A DNA stretch of 50,601 bases from a virus (Duplodnaviria; Caudoviricetes), in the IMG/VR virus record IMGVR_UViG_3300007276_000069, positions 1 to 50,601 of that record. One strand, written 5' to 3'. The position numbers and the translations under genes are program-made. Position 1 is the first letter of the stretch, and each line of letters begins with the position of its first letter. Positions 37,570-47,211 of the stretch are shown in pieces. The notes below the pieces were generated by a model. It was not told the origin of the DNA, made no database searches, and was given only the letters and a program-made list of their open reading frames with translations.

Positions 37570-37997
37570 TGGCACAGGAAGGACTCTTACCCTCACAGAA
37601 GAAGAAGAAACGAGAGCTAACTGAGATGCAGTCTGCATACTTAGACGCTCTCATGGACAATGGCGGCAATAACGCTGCAGCACTGCGCGTAGCCGGATAC
37701 TCCGAAACTACTGGCAAGGCGGTTATGAACTCTCTTGCAGACGAGATAGTAGGCAGGGCTAAGAATATGTTAGCCGCTAATTCAGTAAAAGCGGCAGCAG
37801 GTCTTGTACAAGCACTAGACGATGATGGAACCATCCCACGCGCTGAACAGCGTATAAAAGCAGCGGAATCTATTCTTAATCGGGTAGGAGTGGGCAAACA
37901 CGACAAAGTTGAACATAACGTTACTGCTTTACATGGAGTGGTTCTTCTTCCCGCAAAGTCTGGGCAGGATGATCCTATTATCATAAATCATGAATAA
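37569..37997 (+). CDS. terS: Terminase small subunit
   Basis: LTEMQSAYLDAL...AALRVAGYS HTH; AAESILNRVGVGK; GVVLLPAK; upstream of TerL. Confidence 0.75.
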   Translation: MAQEGLLPSQKKKKRELTEMQSAYLDALMDNGGNNAAALRVAGYSETTGKAVMNSLADEIVGRAKNMLAANSVKAAAGLVQALDDDGTIPRAEQRIKAAESILNRVGVGKHDKVEHNVTALHGVVLLPAKSGQDDPIIINHE

Positions 37998-38178
37998 GAT
38001 ATTCGTAGAAGTTAAACTGTCGCGGACCAGAAAGCCCTTGAGCCAGCCCTGCTACATCCGTGGCAAGGGCCAGTTCTATAAGACGGTAGAAGTAAAAACT
38101 GTAGAAGATTTCGTCGTACAAGCTTACGCAATTGATCGTGGGCTAATCAAAGAGAACCAGATCGTACAAAATGGCTGA
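37990..38178 (+). CDS. Small hypothetical protein
   Basis: Overlap-coupled ORF. Confidence 0.45.
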   Translation: MNKIFVEVKLSRTRKPLSQPCYIRGKGQFYKTVEVKTVEDFVVQAYAIDRGLIKENQIVQNG

Positions 38179-38740
38179 TGATTTAAAAAGAGCAGTAACA
38201 ACAATCAGGGATGGACTAAAGTCTCAGATTGATAGATCAGAGAGAGGCAAAGAAACAGCCTTTACTGCTCGTTCCCGTGATCTTGGTATTGCTAATCCAG
38301 ACATACAAAGAGATGTGAGTAATGCACAATTAGCAAAGGGTGCTATGGGTGCCGCCTATTTAGCCGCAGATTATTTTCTTGATCCTGATAAGTACAGTGC
38401 AGAGGCGTTAAAAGATAAAGCGTCTAGAACTGCAGTTGCAAGAGTTGTACAAGAAGGTGAGAAACTTATTAATCGCCAGTTACCAGAGGGACTAAACCTA
38501 AATATTAACTACAAGGGTTTGGGTTTTGAAGATGTAGCGGAGGGAAGAGTACCCACTGTAGGAGCATCCTTTGAAAGGCCCGTCGAGCTAGGCAGGTTTA
38601 AAGGAACTGCAGGTGTTAGGGGCAGCTATGATCCTGAAAGCGGAGAAGGGCGTGTAGGCGCTAGAGTTACAGGACGATTTGCAAAAGGCGGACACGTTAA
38701 ACAATACTCCAACGCCCCAAGGAAACCACGACTAAAATAA
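38171..38740 (+). CDS. Hypothetical protein ending in a FAKGGHV motif
   Basis: Coupled ORF, 189 aa. Confidence 0.55.
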   Translation: MADDLKRAVTTIRDGLKSQIDRSERGKETAFTARSRDLGIANPDIQRDVSNAQLAKGAMGAAYLAADYFLDPDKYSAEALKDKASRTAVARVVQEGEKLINRQLPEGLNLNINYKGLGFEDVAEGRVPTVGASFERPVELGRFKGTAGVRGSYDPESGEGRVGARVTGRFAKGGHVKQYSNAPRKPRLK

Positions 38741-38874
38741 TGGCAGTAAAAAAGAAGAAGACTACAGGGAATACCAAGATAGTATTTCACAAAGGTAAAA
38801 CACTTGGACGATTTAGATCACCAGAGCGAAGGCACAAGAAAAGTATTAGACGAAAGCCCCCTGCCTTTGGTTGA
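38740..38874 (+). CDS. 44-aa very basic peptide (not in ORF track)
   Basis: TAATG-coupled MAVKKKKTTGNTKIVFHKGKTLGRFRSPERRHKKSIRRKPPAFG. Confidence 0.45.
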   Translation: MAVKKKKTTGNTKIVFHKGKTLGRFRSPERRHKKSIRRKPPAFG

Positions 38875-40573
38875 TAAGGCGGATGTAAGAGAAGAGCCTG
38901 TAAAGCGCCGGGGTCGCCCAAAGTTAGCCGAGGGTGAAAAGGGTAACTACCGCACCTCCGCAAAAGAACGTGCGCGGAGAGCATCCGCAGCCGCCGTCCG
39001 TAATGCAGACAGGGCTAAGAAAAAGGCGCAGAAGAAAGCCTCCAAGGCTAAAGAAAAGAAAGACAGCATCAAGAAGGTTGAACAGGCTCTGTTCACCAAG
39101 AATGGTGCTAAACTTATTGAAGATACTACACTACAGAATGTACCAAAGCCCGTAAGGGAGTTAGTAGAGGATGAAGCAGAGGTTATCTTCAAGCCCAATT
39201 CAGGGCCACAAACGGACTTTTTGGCAAGCCCTGAAAGGGATGTGTTTTATGGGGGCGCTGCTGGCGGCGGGAAGTCTTACGCTCTGCTTGCTGATCTTCT
39301 TCGCTACTGCAGCAATCCCAATCATCGCGCCCTTATTATTCGTCGCACACTGGACGAGCTTACAGAACTGGTTGACAAGAGTAAACAACTCTATCCAAAA
39401 GCTTTTCCCGGTGCCATCTTTCGGGAGTTGAAAGCGATGTGGCAGTTCCCGTCCGGGGCTACGGCATGGTTCTCCTACCTCGACAAGGACAAAGACGTAA
39501 CACGCTACCAAGGACAAGCCTTTACTTGGATTGGCATTGACGAGATCACGCACTACCCGACACCCTACGTATGGGAGTATCTGCGTTCTAGGCTTCGTAC
39601 TACTGATTCTGAAATTAATGCGTACATGCGCTGCACAGGAAACCCCGGAGGGGTAGGCGGATGGTGGGTCAAGAAGATGTACATCGACCCTGCACCACCT
39701 AACGCACCTTTTGCAGCTACTGATGTTGATACAGGTAACGCACTTTTGTGGCCTGACACAGCAACTAACGGTAAAGCAGGTCAACCGCTTTTTCTTCGTA
39801 AGTTCATTCCGGCGCGATTGACCGATAACCCCTACCTCGCTGAAACTGGTGAATATGAAGCCATGTTGAGGTCGCTCCCAGAAGTCGAACGAAGGCGGCT
39901 TCTAGAAGGGGATTGGGATGTCGCAGAGGGAGCGGCGTTCCCAGAGTTTTCCCGCAACATTCATGTTGTGGAAGCCTCACAGACACAGATACCCCACAAC
40001 TGGTTGCGCGTCCGCGCAGCGGATTACGGGTATGCCGCCCCCTCATGTGTTCTGTGGGGCGCAGTTGATTGGGATGATACTCTGTGGATTTACAGGGAGT
40101 TCTACGGCAAGGGCCAAACGGCAGAGATGCTGGCAAATACTATCGTAAGCCTAGAGGGGGATGACCCCGGCATGTATTACTCTGTGCTTGACGCTTCTTG
40201 CTGGAACAGGACAGGCACTGGCCCTTCCATTGCAGAAACCCTTATTCGTAGAGGTGCTAGGTTTACTCCTTCTGATAGAAATAGAATAGCGGGTAAGCTG
40301 GAGTTGCACAGCCGGTTAAGGGTTGATGATTTTACAGGCGAGCCAAAGATAAAGATACTTTCTACGTGTACACATCTGATACGCACTCTCTCAGGACTAC
40401 CTCTGTCAAAGACAAACCCTGAAGATGTAGATACGAAAGCAGATGACCACGCCTACGATGCTTTGCGATACATGTGCATGACCCGCGCAAGAGGTCATCT
40501 AACTATTAATTCTATGATGAATAAGATGAAAGAAGCAAAGCCTAAAGCATTTGACTCTACGTTTGGTTACTGA
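38804..40573 (+). CDS. terL: Terminase large subunit (true start may be TTG 38867)
   Basis: YGGAAGGGKS Walker A, IGIDE Walker B, TGNPGG, ADYG, DDHAYDALRY. Confidence 0.93.
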   Translation: MDDLDHQSEGTRKVLDESPLPLVDKADVREEPVKRRGRPKLAEGEKGNYRTSAKERARRASAAAVRNADRAKKKAQKKASKAKEKKDSIKKVEQALFTKNGAKLIEDTTLQNVPKPVRELVEDEAEVIFKPNSGPQTDFLASPERDVFYGGAAGGGKSYALLADLLRYCSNPNHRALIIRRTLDELTELVDKSKQLYPKAFPGAIFRELKAMWQFPSGATAWFSYLDKDKDVTRYQGQAFTWIGIDEITHYPTPYVWEYLRSRLRTTDSEINAYMRCTGNPGGVGGWWVKKMYIDPAPPNAPFAATDVDTGNALLWPDTATNGKAGQPLFLRKFIPARLTDNPYLAETGEYEAMLRSLPEVERRRLLEGDWDVAEGAAFPEFSRNIHVVEASQTQIPHNWLRVRAADYGYAAPSCVLWGAVDWDDTLWIYREFYGKGQTAEMLANTIVSLEGDDPGMYYSVLDASCWNRTGTGPSIAETLIRRGARFTPSDRNRIAGKLELHSRLRVDDFTGEPKIKILSTCTHLIRTLSGLPLSKTNPEDVDTKADDHAYDALRYMCMTRARGHLTINSMMNKMKEAKPKAFDSTFGY

Positions 40574-40575
40574 TT

Positions 40576-42057
40576 ATGGTTGATAGTTCAGGAAGATCAT
40601 CTTTTCCAGAAAGAAAAGCAGGTGTAGGGCCGGGAAGTCAGTTGCGCCCTAACGTGACTGATTTGCCTGAAGCCGAATTAAAAAAGCTGGGCGTTAGAAA
40701 TCCTATTACTATAACTGATAGGGGTGTCAGTCTTATACTAAAGATGATGCAGGAGACAGGGCTTCCTGTACAAGGGTCATTACGCCAGCTACAAAAACGT
40801 TTAGATGCTTTTAGAAAAGCAAATCCTGACAGAGCATCCGATCTAGGCAGGTACATCACTCAAGCATTTCCAGATGGTATTGAAGGCACTGAAAAAAGTC
40901 TTACTGAATCTAGAGCGTATGAGCAGTTTTTGTATGACAATGGTTTTCTCCGAGATGCTGACCCAGATTTTAAACAGCTAGATGAGAAATTTAAAAGTCT
41001 CCCTAAGAGTGGTCAAAATAGACGCTCTAGGCAGGGCAGAGAGATACTAGATATAAAAGATAGAGGCGGTGTTCCTGTTGTAGTCGGTAGGGATGAGGAT
41101 GGAAGGCCCGTTGAGGATAAAAGTAGATCACGTCCTTACAAGCTTAATCTTTCTGATAAAGGCATAGAAGAAGCTAAAAAATCATCTCTTCCTGTATATG
41201 CACAGACAGAAATTACTCCTCAGATTGAAATGCAAGACAGGCAAAGAAAAGCTGTTGCGCGAAGAGAGGCAAGAGTCCCTTCTACTGTTGATACTCCAAG
41301 CATACCGGGTGGAGAGACTGTAGAGCCAAACAGAGGCGAAGTTTCACGAAAAGCAAAAGGGGCAGTGATTGTACGAAGCGATGTTAATACGTTTAAACAG
41401 GCAATGGGCAAGGCTGTTAGCAAGGGCGGTAAAGTAAATCTGTTTACAGAGATTGTAGATGAAGCCCGTAAGATCGATCCTAAAGTGTCTATGAACGCGA
41501 TGCAGGACATCAAGGACTATTTGTTTTTTACAGGTCATTTAGAAGCCGATGCTGCAGTATCAGAAAAGATGGGACCATCTCGTTTGTCAGATGCTGATGT
41601 GCCAGAGTACGTTAAACCTAGTCAGAAGTATTATAAGCAAGGTTTAAAAGTGTTAGACGCTGGAGGATCAAACGAACCTTTAGTCATTAGAAAGCTGAGT
41701 GCAGAGCCTGATCCGTATGTTCAACATGTCCGTGCTAAATCAGTGCCAGAGATAACTGGCCCCCAATCCGCAACTCCTGATAGGCCCGTATCTGAAAGGA
41801 CTAGCCGCCTACTAAACATCATTAAGAGTGGCGGTAGAAAAGGACTAAAAGTTCTTGTTCCCGGTGTTGGTTTAGCAGCAACAGCAATAGAGGAAGCTGC
41901 AGCAGCAACGCCTACAGCTAGATCATCTTTTTCTGAAATAGAATATGATAGAATGATGGAAGAAGCTAAAAGAGAAGAATTAATCCCCGAAGAGAGTGAA
42001 GTAAGGGGGAGAACTATGGAAGAGGTAAAAAGCAGAACCTCTTTTATGAACCAATAG
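40576..42057 (+). CDS. Hypothetical protein between terminase and portal
   Basis: 493 aa ORF, no motif recognised. Confidence 0.6.
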   Translation: MVDSSGRSSFPERKAGVGPGSQLRPNVTDLPEAELKKLGVRNPITITDRGVSLILKMMQETGLPVQGSLRQLQKRLDAFRKANPDRASDLGRYITQAFPDGIEGTEKSLTESRAYEQFLYDNGFLRDADPDFKQLDEKFKSLPKSGQNRRSRQGREILDIKDRGGVPVVVGRDEDGRPVEDKSRSRPYKLNLSDKGIEEAKKSSLPVYAQTEITPQIEMQDRQRKAVARREARVPSTVDTPSIPGGETVEPNRGEVSRKAKGAVIVRSDVNTFKQAMGKAVSKGGKVNLFTEIVDEARKIDPKVSMNAMQDIKDYLFFTGHLEADAAVSEKMGPSRLSDADVPEYVKPSQKYYKQGLKVLDAGGSNEPLVIRKLSAEPDPYVQHVRAKSVPEITGPQSATPDRPVSERTSRLLNIIKSGGRKGLKVLVPGVGLAATAIEEAAAATPTARSSFSEIEYDRMMEEAKREELIPEESEVRGRTMEEVKSRTSFMNQ

Positions 42058-42075
42058 CTACAGAAAGGAAAAACT

Positions 42076-42288
42076 ATGTACGCATATGGTAAAGACTACA
42101 TCATGGGTATGATGAAGAAACAGGGCGAACTAAGCCCTGCCCCGGAAGGTGCTTTGCACCGCGAAGGACTAGATCAGATGCTGGTCGGCAAGATTGACCG
42201 CGATGCTCTGAATGTTGATATGCCCCGTCCGAAAAGCAATACGGTTGACCCGGCTGTATTTCGTATGGCAGACGAAAAAGACTACTAA
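42076..42288 (+). CDS. Small hypothetical protein
   Basis: AAAGGA RBS. Confidence 0.6.
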   Translation: MYAYGKDYIMGMMKKQGELSPAPEGALHREGLDQMLVGKIDRDALNVDMPRPKSNTVDPAVFRMADEKDY

Positions 42289-42301
42289 GTAAGGAAGTCC
42301 T

Positions 42302-44398
42302 ATGGACGATTCACCTTTAGGCGATATCACAGCGGCTGCTTTTGTTGATGACGCTTCTACTAACGTAGTTGGCACTGTTAAGTCAAAGTTTGAAGAAGCT
42401 GAACATGGCCGTTACCAGCATGAACAGCGCTGGCTAAAAGCCTATAAAAACTTTAGAGGTATCTACGACTCAACTACTCAGTTTAGAGAGTCTGAGAACA
42501 GTAAAGTTTTTATTAAGATTACAAAGACAAAAGTTCTGGCTGCGTATGGGCAGATAATTGACGTTCTTTTTGCAAACAAGAAGTTCCCAATTGTTGTTGA
42601 GCCTAGCCCTGTGCCTGAAGGTGTAGCAGAGTTTGCACACCTTAGTAAAGTCCCTATGCCTCCACAGCAACAAGAAGAGCCTGTTGAAGACCCCTACGGT
42701 TTCCCCGGCGATGGCCGGGACATGGCACCGGGGGCTACAGAAGCTTCCCCTCTAGCCGGATTAGCCGACAAGTACGAGGGAGTTGATCTGCAGGAAGGCC
42801 CAAGTCGCATGGGCGAACCACAGATTAATCCTTCGCGTGAGACGGCGCGACACATGGAAAAGCTCATCCATGATCAGTTGCATGAGAACAATGCCACGAA
42901 TATCTTGCGTCACTCCCTGTTTGAGTGCGCCCTTCTTGGCACGGGTATTGTAAAGGGACCGCTCAATGAAAGTAAAACTCTTCACCGCTGGGATAACGAA
43001 AAAAACTACAGCCCGTACAAGAAGCTTGTACCTCGGCTTGAGTCGGTTTCATGCTGGAACTTTTACCCAGACCCCACCGCTACTAACGTGGATGATTGTT
43101 CCTATGTAGTACAGCGCCACCGGCTAAACCGGTCGCAGATGCGTGACTTGATGGACAAACCATTCTTTAATGGTGAGGCCATTGCTAAATGTCTTAGTGG
43201 CGGCCCTAACTACACGGATAAATACTTTGAAGACACTATCCGTGCAGAGAGCCTAGAAGACTTAGCCGCTGTTGACAGGTACGAAGTTCTTGAGTTCTGG
43301 GGCAATCTAGACAGCGATCTTATGCGCGATATGGGCATTCCTATGGAAGTAGACGATCTTTCAGAGGTTCCTGTAAACGCATGGATATGTGGTAACGAAG
43401 TGCTACGATTAGTCCTAAATCCGTTTGTACCATATCGTATTCCTTACTTTGCAACTCCGTATGAGATTAACCCCTATCAGTTGTTTGGTATAGGCATACC
43501 AGAGAACATGGAAGACGCCCAGCTACTAATGAATGGTCATGTAAGAATGGCTATTGACAATCTTGCATTAGCTGGTAATGTAGTATTTGATGTAGATGAA
43601 GCATCCCTTGTACCCGGACAGAACTATGATATCTATCCGGGTAAAGTGTTTAGGCGGCAGTCTGGCGTTACTGGCACAGCTATTAACGCTGTTAAGTTTC
43701 CTAATACTGCTGGTGAAAACATACAAATGTATCAGGCTGCACGACAATTAGCCGATGAAGAGACAGGGCTACCTAGCATCATGCACGGTCAAACGGGTGT
43801 GTCTGGAACAGGACGTACCGCTGCGGGACTTAGCATGTTGATGGGCGGTGCTAATCTAAGCGTAAAAACAGTTATTAAAAATGTTGATGACTTTCTTCTC
43901 AAGCCGCTCGGTGAGTGCATGTTCTTTTGGAATATGCAGTTTACTGATGACCGTCCTGAGATACAGGGAGATTTGGAAATCAAGCCACAGGGAACCTCTG
44001 CAGTCATGCAGAAAGAAGTTCGCAGCCAACGCCTTACCGCGTTGCTACAAACAGTGGCAAATCCAATGCTCGCTCCGTTTATCAAGATTCCAAACCTTGT
44101 ACGTGAGCTAGCCATTGCACAGGACATTGATCCTGATTTGTTGGTAAATGATATCAATGATGCACAAATCTTTGCAGAAGTATTGAGAGGATTAAATGCT
44201 CAACAAGGAAACATGCCAGACCCTGCTGCCGCTGGTCAACAATCAGGCGGCATGGGACAGTCTGGAGGACTACCTAGCGGACCTGAAGGAGCGCCATCAG
44301 GCCCTGCTGGCGGTGGAGAAATCGGACTTAGAGATGCGCTTGCTGCAGGGCAAGGTGCAGGTGGTGGACCACCTCCTATCCCTGAAGACGCAGGTTAA
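42302..44398 (+). CDS. Portal protein
   Basis: SKVFIKITKTKVLAAYGQI, GTGIVKG, WNFYPDP, RMAIDN, RTAAGLSML; downstream of TerL. Confidence 0.88.
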   Translation: MDDSPLGDITAAAFVDDASTNVVGTVKSKFEEAEHGRYQHEQRWLKAYKNFRGIYDSTTQFRESENSKVFIKITKTKVLAAYGQIIDVLFANKKFPIVVEPSPVPEGVAEFAHLSKVPMPPQQQEEPVEDPYGFPGDGRDMAPGATEASPLAGLADKYEGVDLQEGPSRMGEPQINPSRETARHMEKLIHDQLHENNATNILRHSLFECALLGTGIVKGPLNESKTLHRWDNEKNYSPYKKLVPRLESVSCWNFYPDPTATNVDDCSYVVQRHRLNRSQMRDLMDKPFFNGEAIAKCLSGGPNYTDKYFEDTIRAESLEDLAAVDRYEVLEFWGNLDSDLMRDMGIPMEVDDLSEVPVNAWICGNEVLRLVLNPFVPYRIPYFATPYEINPYQLFGIGIPENMEDAQLLMNGHVRMAIDNLALAGNVVFDVDEASLVPGQNYDIYPGKVFRRQSGVTGTAINAVKFPNTAGENIQMYQAARQLADEETGLPSIMHGQTGVSGTGRTAAGLSMLMGGANLSVKTVIKNVDDFLLKPLGECMFFWNMQFTDDRPEIQGDLEIKPQGTSAVMQKEVRSQRLTALLQTVANPMLAPFIKIPNLVRELAIAQDIDPDLLVNDINDAQIFAEVLRGLNAQQGNMPDPAAAGQQSGGMGQSGGLPSGPEGAPSGPAGGGEIGLRDALAAGQGAGGGPPPIPEDAG

Positions 44399-44435
44399 CA
44401 CGCAGCAGAAAGAATACAGCAAACGTGGCAACTAA
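44196..44435 (+). CDS. Small helical protein overlapping the portal 3' end
   Basis: GAGAGGA RBS; LLPLVNNQAAWDSLEDYL...RLLQGKVQVVDHLLSLK; stop overlaps the next start. Confidence 0.7.
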   Translation: MLNKETCQTLLPLVNNQAAWDSLEDYLADLKERHQALLAVEKSDLEMRLLQGKVQVVDHLLSLKTQVNTQQKEYSKRGN

Positions 44436-47211
44436 TATTGAAGAAGCACTGAGCGGCGGAAGTCTATCCGTCTCTGCTAAACCTGTAACTATGGAAGCTC
44501 TTCCTGAAGCTACCATAGATGTAGGTGGTGGTTCTCAGTCTCTTGCAATTGAAGGTCTTGGTGTAAAACGCAAGAAAGACGATCTTTCTGTAACAACATC
44601 CTCTACATCTCAGATTGCTATTCAAGACTTATTTGGTGATCTTCTTGATGAGGTAAACTTTTCTGATCCTAGCAGTGTAGATGCTTTTAGAAGTAGCGCA
44701 CAGACACGCATTGATGAGATGGACCTCGACAGTGTTAATAGAGTGTTAGGAACAGCTTCTAGTGTAGCAAGCGATATTAGTACGTTAGCTAGTCCTTTTT
44801 TAGATAGAGATAGTTCACAAAACCAGTTTCAGCAAGTTTTTGGACCTCCTGCGCCTACAAGCGTAACGGATAGCGGGGGTTCTGGCGATGTTAGCACGGG
44901 ATCAGCAAGCGGGTTTGATACTGAAGGAATAGGCTCTTCAAGAGATTTTGCAGATTTGTCTGCTTTGGGCGATCCTTCTTTTGCTGCCTCTGCTTTTGGT
45001 GGGGCTTTTGGCGCTCTTGGTCCGGGGGGTAGCCTTGGAAGTTTTGCTGCAGGGCAACTAGGCTCAATTGGAAGTTTATCATCAGCAGCACAGGCATTTG
45101 GTGGCTTTCAGAGCCTTCAAAATGCAGACATAAGTAACCCTGCGGGGGCGCTTGCTGCGGTAACGTCAGGTTTAAATGCGGCAAAAGGCGTTTCAGGTCT
45201 TCTTAGTCAAGCAAAGAATATACCTGATATTTTTTCAGATGTTGAGAAAACCATCTCAAAATTCGCACAGAATGCCTATAATACGCTCACAAATCCTGCA
45301 TTAGCTATGGAGGCGTATGGCAGGAGCATGGCGTATGGGACACAGTTTCCCGACCTATATTCTTTTGAAACTAATCAAGGTCTTGCAACCTTTGCCTTTG
45401 ACGCTAAAACAGGAGCAATTGCTACTCCCGGTTTTTTAGCTATGATGATGCCGGGACCACTAAAGGCGGCGTTCAGTCTGAGTCAACAGGCAATGAAAGA
45501 GCTTGGTTATAGTGCACAAATGCAAGCTCGAAATGCAGCGGCTATTGAGGCGTATACCGCGCCAGAATTTGAAACGCCAAACACTTCTGTTTCTGTATAC
45601 TCTTCTCCTAACGCGACAGTATCTTTTGACGCAACTACAGGTGACACAAGTATCTCAGGTGCCTTTGCATCTATGGATTTAGGACAACAGGGCTATGGTC
45701 AAGTAGGTTTTGATTTAGGTGCTTTATCAGAGGCTATGGGACCAGACGGCACTGTTGGTAGCATTAGTTTTGAAGATTTTCAAAGTTCAGCTATAACAGG
45801 TATGCTTGGTCACGGACCTCTGGGGTTTGATGCTTTTAATGAAGAAGAGGCGCTGGCTGCAGATATTGCAGGACAACTTTCAGCAGCAGGACTAGGAACT
45901 AAAGCAGATATAGCAGATTATGCTGATCGTTCTGCAAGTCTATCATCTTTGTTTGGAGAAGCCTTTGGTCTTGAGATGGGTATGGACTTTAGTTCAAAAG
46001 GTATTGAATCTCTTGCTGCTGATCCTTTAGGCGGAATGGATAAACAACTGTCCAATGCTCCTCCAGCCGCATCGGGTTTAGATTTTGGTATTGCTAAAGC
46101 TGCTAGAGAAGACCCTGCTATGGCTGCGTTGTACAGCATGTACACTTCAGTGTATGTTGATATGGTGAAAGCTGAACCTTTAAGTGAAATGGCAAACGAA
46201 CTTGGTATGGCAGGATCAATTCATAGTATGGCAAAGGAAGCGGAGGGCAAACAAACCCTTGCAATGATAAGGTCGCAGATTCAGGCGCAGCAAGCAGCAA
46301 GAGGTAGAGCGTATGGCCGGACTTTAGGGGGGAATACGGGAGAAGGTTATAACAGTCAATCCCCAAGCTTCGACGCTGTAAGCATGGCAGATTATGCTAT
46401 GGGCATAACGGGTAAAAATACGTTTGACACTGTAAACGATGTAACTGATCAAGCTATAGCAGATCACGTAAGTGGAATAATGAACGCGTTTGGCTTTGCT
46501 TCAGTCCACGCTACGACTGAAGCAATAAACAACGAGCAATTAAGTGGTATGGATGCTGACTTATCCAGCGCAGTCGGTTTTGATCCGGCTGGTGAAATAG
46601 CAGCGGGTTATGATATAGGCTTTTCTGCAGCCGCCCAAAACGCAAGTGCTGCTATGGCTGCTTTGGGTGGGTATGGGCAGCGAAACGACCCTACAAGCGA
46701 TCTCGGAGAGATGCCCGGTTATCACTCGCCCGAATTTGATCCTTTTGGGGGCGATAGTCAAGTCAGTGGTGGTTTTGGCGCTCCCGATGCTCCCGGCGCT
46801 CCCGATGCGGGGTTTGAAGGGCTGGGCTATGGTTATGGCTATGGCGAAGAGGACAGCGGCGGCGGTGATGGCGGCGGTGGCGGCGGCGGCGGCGGAACAA
46901 CATATATATGCACTGCAGCCTACGCTAATGGAGTAACAGATTACAGCACATTTAGTGCTAATCGCAAGTATGGAATAAACCTACGTAGAAACGATCCGTA
47001 TCTTATGAAAGGTTATGACCTTGTAGGGCCAACGCTAGCTAATATGCTTGGCGGAACTAAAGTTGCAAAAGTCCTAACAAATTATTATAAAATGGATTTG
47101 GATAAAAAAGTTGTTTCTTTTCGCTATAAGCTCTTGCAAATCTTTTTGAAAGGCGTCATGAGGCCAGTGGTCAGAACTATAGGTTATTTAAATGAGCGCA
47201 TCTTTAAATAA
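44425..47211 (+). CDS. Large G/A/S/D-rich protein with CFI-box-CTERM-like C-terminal domain
   Basis: Poly-Gly linker then TYICTAAYANG...LRR...GYDLVGP..A and basic amphipathic end. Confidence 0.55.
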   Translation: MATNIEEALSGGSLSVSAKPVTMEALPEATIDVGGGSQSLAIEGLGVKRKKDDLSVTTSSTSQIAIQDLFGDLLDEVNFSDPSSVDAFRSSAQTRIDEMDLDSVNRVLGTASSVASDISTLASPFLDRDSSQNQFQQVFGPPAPTSVTDSGGSGDVSTGSASGFDTEGIGSSRDFADLSALGDPSFAASAFGGAFGALGPGGSLGSFAAGQLGSIGSLSSAAQAFGGFQSLQNADISNPAGALAAVTSGLNAAKGVSGLLSQAKNIPDIFSDVEKTISKFAQNAYNTLTNPALAMEAYGRSMAYGTQFPDLYSFETNQGLATFAFDAKTGAIATPGFLAMMMPGPLKAAFSLSQQAMKELGYSAQMQARNAAAIEAYTAPEFETPNTSVSVYSSPNATVSFDATTGDTSISGAFASMDLGQQGYGQVGFDLGALSEAMGPDGTVGSISFEDFQSSAITGMLGHGPLGFDAFNEEEALAADIAGQLSAAGLGTKADIADYADRSASLSSLFGEAFGLEMGMDFSSKGIESLAADPLGGMDKQLSNAPPAASGLDFGIAKAAREDPAMAALYSMYTSVYVDMVKAEPLSEMANELGMAGSIHSMAKEAEGKQTLAMIRSQIQAQQAARGRAYGRTLGGNTGEGYNSQSPSFDAVSMADYAMGITGKNTFDTVNDVTDQAIADHVSGIMNAFGFASVHATTEAINNEQLSGMDADLSSAVGFDPAGEIAAGYDIGFSAAAQNASAAMAALGGYGQRNDPTSDLGEMPGYHSPEFDPFGGDSQVSGGFGAPDAPGAPDAGFEGLGYGYGYGEEDSGGGDGGGGGGGGGTTYICTAAYANGVTDYSTFSANRKYGINLRRNDPYLMKGYDLVGPTLANMLGGTKVAKVLTNYYKMDLDKKVVSFRYKLLQIFLKGVMRPVVRTIGYLNERIFK

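Noticed and set aside
40576-42057. Tyrosine integrase
   Set aside because: No R-H-x-x-R-H-Y catalytic pattern recognised; no evidence for lysogeny in the window
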